Shown: in pieces, positions 12,602 through 23,867 of the stretch
Layout of the letters: each line of letters begins with the position of its first letter
Numbering within the stretch: position 1 is the first letter of the stretch
Source of the DNA: Octopus bimaculoides
Lineage: Eukaryota
NCBI RefSeq assembly: GCF_001194135.2
Contig: NC_068988.1
Span: forward strand, 96,604,769-96,667,795
Direction of reading: 5' to 3'
Length of the DNA stretch: 63,027 nucleotides
Notes under the pieces: generated by a model
The model's database searches: none
What the model was told of the DNA's origin: nothing
Seen by the model: only the letters and a program-made list of their open reading frames with translations
Translations under genes and position numbers: made by a program

Positions 12602-12996
12602 CAGTTTCGGATGCAAAATCTGCTGATCGATGTAGAGTATGTGATAGGAGGACAACTTCTCGTATTCACCGCTCACCATCCTCATCTCGTTGGTGCACGG
12701 GATTCTGGTATACCGCTGATTCTACACGTGCTTTTTTTTTCAGCTGCTGGCTTTGCTTATTGTATTAGCGAACAAATTACTTTCTAATTGATGTATATAT
12801 CTGATAACCGATCAAAAATTAAGCTCAAGAGTCCGAATGCTTCTAGCTGATGTGACGCAGTCAATCGAAACATCACTATCCCAGAATACCGTAAACCAGA
12901 AGCTGAGTCTGCTGAACACACAATCGCCGTAAGTGGGAGGAGTTATTTTCCTTTGACGTATTCTACACCGATCAGCATATTTTGCGACGGAACCTG
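12602..12996. mobile_element. MITE/foldback-like element with ~110-bp imperfect terminal inverted repeats
   Basis: 12602-12713 (cagtttcggatgcaaaatctgctgatcgatgtagagta...ggtgcacgggattctggtatac) matches the reverse complement of 12876-12996 (caggttccgtcgcaaaatatgctgatcggtgtagaata...ggtttacggtattctgggatag). Confidence 0.7.
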
Positions 12997-13462
12997 CCTA
13001 AACCTTTCAAGAATGAATATGCAAATAATCATCTTAGATCTCGCTGTATACGGTGCAACGATTATATACATACATACCTTTTTTCTCCCTCTTCTATCTT
13101 TGCTCTTTTCAAAGAGATATTTCTCCCAGCGTTCACTATTTTCCTCTCATTCTGGTCTAACGACCCTTCATGTTTGTTTTCGTTTGGTTTCCTTGTATAA
13201 CTCCACTGTCATGTTCCCAACTTTGACCCTCCATAAATCCTAAATTTTATTTTATAATTTATGGGAGCAACTGTCTTTGAAGACTCATATTGTCGTTGAA
13301 TGTTCAAAATGAGTCTAGATAGACAACCGACAACTGATGATGGTCCTTTCTCTGTGTTTACTTGTCCTGTTCTTTTTTTTCTCGTTGTTTATGTATTTAA
13401 CTCGTTTGTTTATGTATTTCACGTTGTTTGAACCGTTGGTGATGCCCTGTACCCATATAAGC

Positions 13463-13532
<70 letters not shown>

Positions 13533-13575
13533 GAAAATATGTATGTATTTATATACACTTATATATACATATATA

Positions 13576-13862
13576 TGCAGCTTAGTGATGAGGGTGTTCG
13601 GCACCCTATCGTAAGGTCTCGAGTTCGAATCCCGGTGGTGCATTGTATCCTTGAGTCGTGGACTAAGACCCTTTTATTTCACGTTGTATGGCTACACAAA
13701 GCTCCAGTGTCAATCGCAAGCGTATATGACACGGACCCGGTAGCATCTAAGACACCAGTTGTTTCAATGCCGATTATGCAGTTGCGAGCGGTCATAAAAA
13801 TCCTTTTCACCCGTCACACTCTTTAAAGCAAGGAAATATCAAGAATTTGACAGTGAAAAGAA
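13576..13862 (+). mobile_element. tRNA-derived SINE, family B-related
   Basis: gcagcttagtgatgagggtgttcggc ... gagttcgaatcccgg B box ... tttatttcacgttg. Confidence 0.7.
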
Positions 13863-14079
13863 GGAGAAGACTACACCAACGGCCAGCTGGTGCTACCTTG
13901 CAGCTGATTGAATTCAATGAAGCTACGGGAAATTACATCCCTTTCCCAAGGACGGGGTTCAGTGCACAACTCAGTTCAGGAATAGAATTCATGACTTTTA
14001 GGCTCATTAGACAGACACCCCTACCCAATCACCCACGTGCCTTAACACCCCCATACACACACATACACACACACACACA

Positions 14080-14232
14080 CACGACTGGTTTCCACACAGT
14101 TTCCGTCTTCAAACTCACAAGACATTGGTTGGTTCGGAGTTATTGTTGCAGACACCTCCGCAAGATACCCCGCAGCGGGACTGAACCCGAAACCACGTGA
14201 TTGCAAAGCGAGCTTCTTAACCACACAACCAT
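14080..14232 (-). mobile_element. SINE family C, 5' half
   Basis: cagtttccgtcttcaaactcacaagacattgg ... gcgggactgaacccgaaaccacgtg ... cttcttaaccacacaaccatg. Confidence 0.8.
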
Positions 14233-14239
14233 GTATGTA

Positions 14240-14274
<35 letters not shown>

Positions 14275-14937
14275 NNNNNNNNNNGTTTGTGTGTGTGTGT
14301 ATATATGTGTGTGTGTGTGTGTGTGCGTGTCTGTGTGCGTGTCTGTGTGTCTATATATATACACATATATACATGTATATATATACGCACTTCAGTGGTG
14401 ACGATCATCTGGGCGGTTTAAAACTAATCTAAGCCAACCTAAGTGGTCTATTAAGATTTCATTTCATATCGCCAGACTCTGACAGACGACCTGGCTTGTC
14501 AGTTCTATTTTAGTTCGCTTCCTGCTTGACTTAAAACTTTTATTTTGACATCATTAATAACACTTGCACACACATCGAGTTTATTTTCGTTTTCTTTTTT
14601 TGTCTTAATTTACTTTTAATAAATAAGCGAACGCAAAGTTTTTGATTATAGAGATTACAGTAACAGAATCTGATGAAAATATTCACACACGTTCTCATAC
14701 TGTTTTATGGCTTCCAATGTTCGCTGCGCAGAGAGGCTGGGGAATCATCACCTGTGAGGCTCTTTTTGTCAACTATATCGTTCTTAGTAAATATTTAGTC
14801 TTGTCATTAGTTCATCGAATCCTGTTAATCGAATGGTTAAGTTACCTGTTTGATATATTGAGGCGTAACTTGATACGAACAGACATGTACTTACACACAC
14901 AAACATCCACAAACACAAACATCCACACACACATAAA

Positions 14938-14977
<40 letters not shown>

Positions 14978-15467
14978 CGGAGTTGTTTCTGTGTTCGAAT
15001 GCAACTATGTAAGAATGTAAATTGAGTGTTACCAATTTTAGCATTTTACCAAATAAATACACAATGTGGAAAGTCGATGAAACAGTTGCATCTTGGAGGC
15101 ATTGAGAAAATACATCAGAAGACGATATTATAACAAACATCTTAATTCATTTGCGTTGCAATGCGAGTAGACAATTGTTGTATGTAGGACTGAAGGCAGG
15201 CCGTTGGACTTACTATTACACATGTGTAGTAGCATACCGCGATAAAGGTAACAAGAAGTTTAAACAGACAGGTTCCGTCCACAGAGAATAAAGGGATTTG
15301 CTGTGCGAGCTTAATCCCGAAGTTGACAGCATTAAGTCGGTGAAATAACACAGCTGTTCATGCTGAAGTAATACCGTCAGGGGTAATGTCCTTTCGAAGT
15401 CCCACTGAAAATAGTTGTACTCTTGTCGAAGTCTTCTGCTAACTTCCTTTCTTGGCGGATGACGCTG

Positions 15468-15475
15468 TATTTATA
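15468..15475 (-). promoter_or_regulatory. Candidate TATA box (TATAAATA)
   Basis: Minus strand ...gtcaatcggagttggtcgcgtagcTATAAATAcagcg..., with an Inr-like gaAGTT about 30 nt downstream, in non-repetitive, GC-richer sequence. Confidence 0.3.
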
Positions 15476-15819
15476 GCTACGCGACCAACTCCGATTGACT
15501 GCAGCTGTCAAAGCACAACTGTGCTAATCCGCGACTCACTACTTATCTTTATGCATGTATATGTGTCAATGCTGAAAGGAAATAATTCTCTTGATTAAAA
15601 TAAATTATTTTATGTCTAAAGGGTTCGTAAATCCTTTCGTCGATTTACTCCTTACCCGTCTCCAGTAATTCTCAATCGTCAAATTGTTATGAAATCCAAT
15701 TGTTTTCCAGACACATGGAAGCTTATGGCCTTTTAAACTAAGAATAAAACGAGGAGACTGGCAGAGAGGGCTCTCCATAGATCTCCCCACTGACTGATGT
15801 CCCAGTGCATGGTGTCCGA

Positions 15820-16125
15820 GGAATACAAGAAATGCTGTGAAAGATATTCGTTTCGATATTGTCCTTTGGCTTGTCATCACATTTTGCTGGGTGCAGCTGC
15901 AAAAACATTTAGGTCCTTATGATGGATGATGGCCACAATTCTCTACCCAAGTCATACTGCCATGTGGAAAGGCATAAACAGTTAAAAGACGGGTGCTCCA
16001 CGAAAAGAAGACCCAGTTGCTATACGCGTAGTAGTGCAGACCGTCTGAAAAAATTCCGTCAATATCAAGCAGGATAGCGTAGTATCCCTTTCTAGACGAT
16101 AGTCTCTAACCTCTGTACGAGTGGG
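15820..16125 (+). mobile_element. RTE-like LINE 3' remnant, heavily degraded
   Basis: Frameshifted translation VLMMDDGH...QLKDG..RPQLLYA..CRPS resembles the RTE C-terminal WLGHV.RMDDGRIPK..LYG.L..G.RPRGRP.LRY.D motif. Confidence 0.4.
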
Positions 16126-17394
16126 CTGCCCTCACATATATCTATTTCGGTTTTAAGTATTGAATATTAAACTTGTTTTAATATATCGTGTTACATATTA
16201 GATGTCTCTCCTGTTAATAATAATAATAATAATAATAATGATAATAATAATAATAATTATTATTATTTTAGGTATACGTACTTTTAGGTATTATTTTGTT
16301 TGTTTCACGTCTTTGATATCAGACACGAGCTTCACGTACTAAAAATATAAAAAGTAATAAAAATTACAAAAAAATATTCAGAGAAAGGTGGAAGGAAGAA
16401 TAAAAAAAAACAAAAACATAGAATGACACAAGCAAAAACTTGTATATACAGGCACATATAACTTGTGCACATACGCACTTACACGCATACGCACGCTTAT
16501 AAACACACACACACACACACGCACACATTTTCAAGTGTTTTGCAGCCAATTATTTCGATGTTCCTATCATCTTCTCATTAATCCTAATGTCCTCACTTCA
16601 AACTGCCATTTCCTCTCACTCGCTCTCTACGTCGTTACCGCCAAGTTCCTTACTTTACAGTTAATTTCCTCAAATGCTACTTCCTCCCATAGTGGCGCTT
16701 TATGCTTGCATATCTATACATACATATATACATATGTGTATATATATACATACACACTCACACACAAATATACATAGAAAAGTATATATGAGTGTATGTG
16801 AATGTAGGCGCGAGTTATTCTTTCTATTTTCAGTCAACAAGATCCTCTTTCCTCTTTCCTCTTGTCTGCTTGCCGCCATATTTAATTGATATGATTTATA
16901 TGAAAATAGAAATATAAAAATGAAAAAAAAAAAAAAAAATTTTGTTTATTAGCTTCACGAACAAACATGAGAAACTCTTTGCAATTTCATTTTGCAATGC
17001 AATATCATGTAATAGCCAATCGTTCATGCCATTTAAATATGCAGCTACGTATGTATGTATGTATGCATGTATGTATGTATGTATGCGTATATGTATGTAT
17101 ATTTCTAAGGGATCCTAACCTAATATTTACACGCTAATGATTGTGACCTTCTGTACCCCGAGATTTATTGTTCCAAAATAAAAATTATTTCACGTTCACT
17201 CGAAGGTTTCAAAATTCTTATGATGTCAACGATACATACATATATTTATGCATACATACATACTTACATACATATATATTTTATACACACACAAACACGC
17301 ACATACACTCATGTATACATACATACATACATACATACATACATACATACATACAATCATTCGCCATGATTGATCATTAGCCACTGAACCATTT

Positions 17395-17550
17395 TTTAAA
17401 TTCTCTCTCTGCTTATTTCTGTGTTCTTTCTGTCGAAGAGCATAGGCTCGAAACGTAAAAGACTTTCTCACTTCCCGAGCGTTAAACTAATGCATGTTTG
17501 TTGTTTACACATCCATCTTCGTCTTTTGTTTTTTTTTTGTAAATTCCAGC
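17395..17550 (+). mobile_element. ~160-nt dispersed repeat (family F) carrying a minimal hammerhead-like motif
   Basis: Homologous to 5562-5722 (minus) and more distantly to 40950-41125 (minus). Confidence 0.8.
17425..17462 (+). ncRNA. Minimal type I hammerhead-like motif, variant core CUGUCGA
   Basis: tcttt CTGTCGA a gagc-atag-gctc GAAAC GTA aaaga: 5-bp stem I, perfect 4-bp stem II, palindromic ACGU stem III. Confidence 0.55.
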
Positions 17551-17589
17551 TACATACATACATACATACACACATACATACATACATGC

Positions 17590-17621
<32 letters not shown>

Positions 17622-18671
17622 GTNNNNNNNNNNNNNNNNNNNNNNNNNNNNNNNNNNNNNNNNNNNNNNNNNNNNNNNNNNNNNNNNNNNNNNNNNNNNN
17701 NNNNNNNNNNNNNNNNNNNNNNNNNNNNNNNNNNNNNNNNNNNNNNNNNNNNNNNNNNNNNNNNNNNNNNNNNNNNNNNNNNNNNNNNNNNNNNNNNNNN
17801 NNNNNNNNNNNNNNNNNNNNNNNNNNNNNNNNNNNNNNNNNNNNNNNNNNNNNNNNNNNNNNNNNNNNNNNNNNNNNNNNNNNNNNNNNNNNNNNNNNNN
17901 NNNNNNNNNNNNNNNNNNNNNNNNNNNNNNNNNNNNNNNNNNNNNNNNNNNNNNNNNNNNNNNNNNNNNNNNNNNNNNNNNNNNNNNNNNNNNNNNNNNN
18001 NNNNNNNNNNNNNNNNNNNNNNNNNNNNNNNNNNNNNNNNNNNNNNNNNNNNNNNNNNNNNNNNNNNNNNNNNNNNNNNNNNNNNNNNNNNNNNNNNNNN
18101 NNNNNNNNNNNNNNNNNNNNNNATCTGTAATGACAATGTATTGAAAAAGATTTTTTAAAAGTTTTAAATTTATGTCTTACGATTCTTTTCTGTTCAGTAA
18201 ATCAAAGGATATAAACATTATGTGCGATAGCTTTCCTCGTCGTTAAGGCTTTCGTCATTGCTTATTATTGTTGGACGGCCCAAAAGGGATTTCAAGAATA
18301 TCAAAATCCCTGAAAGTTCTCTCGCAAGGGATTTCAAAAGTGTCGATATTAGTGTGGGGTCTTTCTCAATGAATGTTGTCAGCACTTACCGTAATGAGAT
18401 GCTTGATGGTGATGTGTGAGTATATGTCAAGAAATATGCATCTGCAGATGAAGCTGTCTTCACATGACGAACGTAAGCGACATATTGAAGTGTTTCACAA
18501 TGTAGAGAAGAAAAATATTCCGTTGTGCCGCCTCTTTCCGGACAGAATGGAGCACTGTGGCATTGAACAACATGTTATAGTCATTTATTCAGCTATATTT
18601 AGAAGAAAAGTCTTGGAGACAAGTGCTAAATTTGTTTAGATGTCGTAGAGTTGTCGATATATGTATAACCA

Positions 18672-18931
18672 CGAAGTTACGGGGACGTAAACACACCAGC
18701 ATCGGTTGTCAAGCGATGTTGGGGGGACAAACACAGACACACAAACATATACACACACATACATATATATATATAGATACATACGACAAGCTTCTTTCAG
18801 TTTCCGTCTACCAAATCCACTCACAAGGCTTTGGTCGGCCTGAGGCTATAGTACAAGACACTTGCCGAAGGTGCCACGTAGTGGGAATGAACCCGGAACC
18901 ATGTGGTTGGTAAGCAAGCTACTTACCATGC
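18672..18931 (-). mobile_element. SINE family C, well conserved
   Basis: gttacggggacgtaaacacaccagcatcggttgtcaagcg ... cagtttccgtctaccaaatccactcacaaggctttggtcggcc ... gaacccggaaccatgtggttgg. Confidence 0.9.
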
Positions 18932-19211
18932 ATATATATATATANNNNNNNNNNNNNNNNNNNNNNNNNNNNNNNNNNNNNNNNNNNNNNNNNNNNNNNN
19001 NNNNNNNNNNNNNNNNNNNNNNNNNNNNNNNNNNNNNNNNNNNNNNNNNNNNNNNNNNNNNNNNNNNNNNNNNNNNNNNNACATATACATATACATATCT
19101 ACACACACATATAGACATACGTATATACACACATTAATATCTGCATACACATGGATTTATATGTGTATCTGTATGTTTGTGCATAGTGCGTTTGCATGTG
19201 TGCATATATGC

Positions 19212-19249
<38 letters not shown>

Positions 19250-19559
19250 GCGCGCGCATACTGGCCCCACCACGTTAATTGAAGCCGAAAAGAGTGTGGG
19301 GTATCCTTTACTACTTCTACCTCAACCCATTCCTCTTCCTATCAACTCCGTTCACGATGGCCAACGAACGAGAGAGAAACGTCAAGGAAAATCTCGTTAG
19401 AAGGATGTCAACAACTCTATTACTTTACAGTGGACCGGCTGAAATAACTTGTTAGTGACAATAACCGTATCGAATTTCGGCGCAGTGAATACGACACCCT
19501 TACTTTATTAACAACCGTTTAGGTGGCAAGCAGTAGGTTAATAGACAGATAACTAGCAG

Positions 19560-20090
19560 TCTAACTTGTCTTTGTACTACCGCCCAAGCATTGTGTGTTC
19601 GTGTTGCTGTTAATGTTTGTTGTTTGTGGAATATACTAATTGCCAGCCATCCATCCTTTGTAACAGCTCTATTAACAACAAAGTATCTTTCCTTAGCGTT
19701 TCCTTTTAAGAAGAAGAAGCAACGGGAGTGAGTGTTTATTTTCTTTGGATTTAAACTAATCACTACAAGGTAAAGAAAACACTCGTTCATTAAACATCAG
19801 TCCCACTTCCTGCACCAGTCAATTGTTACATTATTACAGAATAACATCTCTGGTGCCAGTGGGGGAAACAAATCAAGAATTGACCCAATAGATTGAGTCT
19901 TCACCATTGATACGATGCTGCTTGTGACAAAACTCGAACCATTTGGGTTCCACAGAATAGAATCATGAATTCTTGGTGTTATTTTGACACCGAATAATTC
20001 ATTAAATTTTGATTGACAATGATGTGTTGTGGCTTTCATGTTTTGTTTATTGGTTAAGCCGGAGGAAGAAGAATTGTGCTCATAACGTTT
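19560..20090 (+). mobile_element. Penelope-like element remnant (RT C-terminus plus GIY-YIG endonuclease)
   Basis: Degraded translations CLCTTAQALC, WNILIASHPSFVTALL, KYLSLAFPF, HQSIV..YYRIT..VGETNQELTQ*IE follow the order of PLE thumb and GIY-YIG motifs (NVVY.I.C...YIGET.R.L..RI.EH). Confidence 0.5.
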
Positions 20091-20402
20091 TTCCGACATC
20101 GTTGGGAGGAAAGAGCCTCCAGAACAAACCTCCAAGGATCTGCAGACAATCTTAAACTGGGTGATGGTCATATCACACACTTAAAAGCAGATACACTCAA
20201 CGGTCTTCCACCCAGGTGGCTATTGCAGAAAAAAACTTTACAAAGATTTGAACCAGCATAAATTAACTGCAAAATACGTGTTACGAAGCAAACTTCTCCA
20301 CACAGCCATTTCAATGTCGAAAGGGAAAGGAAACGGTTTTTAACTCGGGAAATAAATTTACTTGTATTCGAATCTGTTGATTAACATCACTCACCTTATA
20401 TA

Positions 20403-20604
20403 TCTTTGCTACTCTAGGCACAAGGCCTGAAATTGGCGGGGAGAGGGATAGTCGATTACGCAGCTGGTACTTAATTTATTGACCCCGAAAGGATGAAAGG
20501 CAAAGTCGACCTCGGTGGAATTTGAACTCAGAACGTAAAGACAGATGAAATACCGCTAAGCATTTCGCCCCTCGTGCTAACGTTTCTGCCACCTCGCCGC
20601 CTTA
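20403..20604 (-). mobile_element. SINE-like family A, full-length and well conserved
   Basis: Reverse complement starts taaggcggcgaggtggcagaaacgttagcacg; core gtcgactttgcctttcatcctttcggggtc. Confidence 0.9.
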
Positions 20605-20758
20605 CTGACCTTATATATCAAATATTCCATGATGCAATCCTGGTTCATTTTTGGTATTTTTCGGTAATGGTGTTGTCTTTTCCCCTGGAGTTTACTTCGT
20701 CTGTTTCCGGATCTGTTTGGCGATAGAATCATTATTAGGTTTTTGTTTCTGGTGTTGT

Positions 20759-20810
20759 CCAAATAGGTCAACAGTACCAAATAGGCCAATAGTACCAAAT
20801 AAGTCAGCAC
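20759..20810. repeat. 18-bp tandem repeat, about 3 units
   Basis: ccaaataggtcaacagta / ccaaataggccaatagta / ccaaataagtcagcac. Confidence 0.8.
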
Positions 20811-20939
20811 AATTTAAATCAGTTCATTCCCTTGTTGACGCTTTGACGTCGCTATTTTTTTGTCATTTCACTGTTCGGCGTCCCTTGGAGATGCTTCTTA
20901 AAGACACCTCTTAATCACCGGTGCAATGATCTGGCAGAC

Positions 20940-21050
20940 TGATATCAAAGCCAGTATTAACGACGATGCTACTTTCTTTCCAAGAGGCTTACGTGACTGA
21001 TCTGAACAACTTTCAACAAGTAATGGACGCCAGGTGAGAGAACCATATCA
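20940..21050 (+). mobile_element. Possible mariner transposase C-terminal remnant
   Basis: DATFFPRGLRD and FQQVMDA (frameshifted) resemble the mariner FF.RGI..L..RWQ.V.DA.G motif. Confidence 0.3.
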
Positions 21051-21957
21051 CGAAAAGAAGAAAAAGGAAAAAGAAGTGATGTACTATATTGATAAAATAT
21101 CACTTTGATAATAAATGAATTCAGAATGATATACAGAGACTGTATTTATCAGGAGCTGGCGAAGGGGGCTGTCCATCTCGTAGAAGCGTCCTTTAGGAGT
21201 AAAGTGTTGATTTATCTGAGTGTTGTCAACCATCAGCTATAAACCTGGTCTGTGTCCAGGCGCCGGACGCCATTATCTAAACTATACTTTACAGAAGACT
21301 TAAGGCGTTCAGACGAATGGCGGCTAAACAAATGGATGAGAGATTATTGCGATAACGTTTGGAGTGTTTTTGATGAAATGTTAGAACTTATAGACAGCAG
21401 ACAAAAATCAAATTGTCACAAGCGCCCAGTCGTACATTCATACATGCACACGTACACACTGGCACGCTCTCCAATTTCGAATATTTACGCATATTCTTGC
21501 GTCTAAAAATGGAAGTATTTATAATTTATGTTTTCACATTCGCGAAGGTGCACATGAAACAAACCGCTTATACATGCATATACATGCATATATATATATA
21601 TATGAATATATATATATATANNNNNNNNNNNNNNNNNNNNNNNNNNNNNNNNNNNNNNNNNNNNNNNNNNNNNNNNNNNNNNNNNNNNNNNNNNNNNNNN
21701 NNNNNNNNNNNNNNNNNNNNNNNNNNNNNNNNNNNNNNNNNNNNNNNNNNNNNNNNNNNNNNNNNNNNNNNNNNNNNNNNNNNNNNNNNNNNNNNNNNNN
21801 NNNNNNNNNNCAGAGTTTCGGATACCGGGGCTGAAGTCTGCTCCGGCATCTCATCAGTTATTAAGACAAAACGCCATTTTACATAATATCGAGGTCTCAT
21901 TCATTCTTTTGTTGTCATATTATTATTAATAATATATGTATGTATATATCTATATCC

Positions 21958-22020
<63 letters not shown>

Positions 22021-22213
22021 GTCTTCGAAACGTCTAGATAGAATAGAGACAGCTGATGAAGGGATATTCCAAGGGGCTTTCCGTTTTCCTATGTGTTCGT
22101 TCCGTTGTCTGTAGTTTATTGTTCTAACGTCCTGTACCCTGATATGCATGTATATACACATGTAGATGTAAGTATGTACATATATGTGTGTATACATGTA
22201 TATATATTCTTTG

Positions 22214-22274
<61 letters not shown>

Positions 22275-22619
22275 TTTATGTATATAGATAGATATAAATG
22301 CAGACACACATACATGCATAAATATACTCACACACACATACATACATACATACAGACATGCATACACATATGTACGCAACGCACGCACGCGCACATATAC
22401 ACACGCACACACATACACACTACACGCGTAAGCCATTTCATTATTATTTGTGAAGATGTTTCGCTGGCAGAAAGACAAAGGAAGCCTCACCATTCGGTGT
22501 TGTCTCTGCTCACTGCAACGTCATTGTTGCAGTGGAAGAGCGAAAAAAAATCATTGCCAGGCGGAACCTTGAGACACTTTGGCGCCACTTCGCATGTATA
22601 TAACCAATGTTCATTCCAT

Positions 22620-22671
<52 letters not shown>

Positions 22672-22859
22672 TCTCATACACACATACAAACTCATATAAC
22701 ATATATTTCTATACACAAGTATATATGTGATAGTGTGTGGTCATACCTGTTAAACGGATAAATCTTATCTCAATAAAATGAAATACTTTATTTTGATATG
22801 TAACGCAAATAATACACACACACTCATCATATAGGTATGCATGTATGTATGTATGTATG

Positions 22860-22893
<34 letters not shown>

Positions 22894-22939
22894 TGTATAT
22901 ACAAAGTAGTATAAATACAATACAATGTAATACACATGG

Positions 22940-22977
<38 letters not shown>

Positions 22978-23734
22978 NNNNNNNNNNNNNNNNNNNNNNN
23001 NNNNNNNNNNNNNNNNNNNNNNNNNNNNNNNNNNNNNNNNNNNNNNNNNNNNNNNNNNNNNNNNNNNNNNNNNNNNNNNNNNNNNNNNNNNNNNNNNNNN
23101 NNNNNNNNNNNNNNNNNNNNNNNNNNNNNNNNNNNNNNNNNNNNNNNNNNNNNNNNNNNNNNNNNNNNNNNNNNNNNNNNNNNNNNNNNNNNNNNNNNNN
23201 NNNNNNNNNNNNNNNNNNNNNNNNNNNNNNNNNNNNNNNNNNNNNNNNNNNNNNNNNNNNNNNNNNNNNNNNNNNNNNNNNNNNNNNNNNNNNNNNNNNN
23301 NNNNNNNNNNNNNNNNNNNNNNNNNNNNNNNNNNNNNNNNNNNNNNNNNNNNNNNNNNNNNNNNNNNNNNNNNNNNNNNNNNNNNNNNNNNNNNNNNNNN
23401 NNNNNNNNNNNNNNNNNNNNNNNNNNNNNNNNNNNNNNNNNNNNNNNNNNNNNNNNNNNNNNNNNNNNNNNNNNNNNNNNNNNNNNNNNNNNNNNNNNNN
23501 NNNNNNNNNNNNNNNNNNNNNNNNNNNNNNNNNNNNNNNNNNNNNNNNNNNNNNNNNNNNNNNNNNNNNNNNNNNNNNNNNNNNNNNNNNNNNNNNNNNN
23601 NNNNNNNNNNNNNNNNNNNNNNNNNNNNNNNNNNNNNNNNNNNNNNNNNNNNNNNNNNNNNNNNNNNNNNNNNNNNNNNNNNNNNNNNNNNNNNNNNNNN
23701 NNNNNNNNNNNNNNNNNNNNNNNNNNNNNNNNNN

Positions 23735-23766
<32 letters not shown>

Positions 23767-23834
23767 CATACACACACACACATATATATATATATATAAA
23801 TATGAGCAAATAAGTATACATACATACATTTATG

Positions 23835-23867
<33 letters not shown>

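Noticed and set aside
11570-12787. Very long ORFs (280-460 aa) here and at 22.7-23.9, 24.3-25.6 and 47.2-48.2 kb
   Set aside because: Artefacts of translating through N runs and flanking microsatellites.
19500-20180. Two in-frame minus-strand ORFs (127 and 96 aa) separated by one stop
   Set aside because: No recognisable protein; the plus strand carries Penelope-like motifs, so these are probably antisense shadows.
21252-21506. 84-aa ORF with protein-like segment EDLRRSDEWRLNKWMRDYCDNVWSVFDEMLELIDSRQK and a possible acceptor
   Set aside because: No good donor site and no recognisable family; insufficient support.
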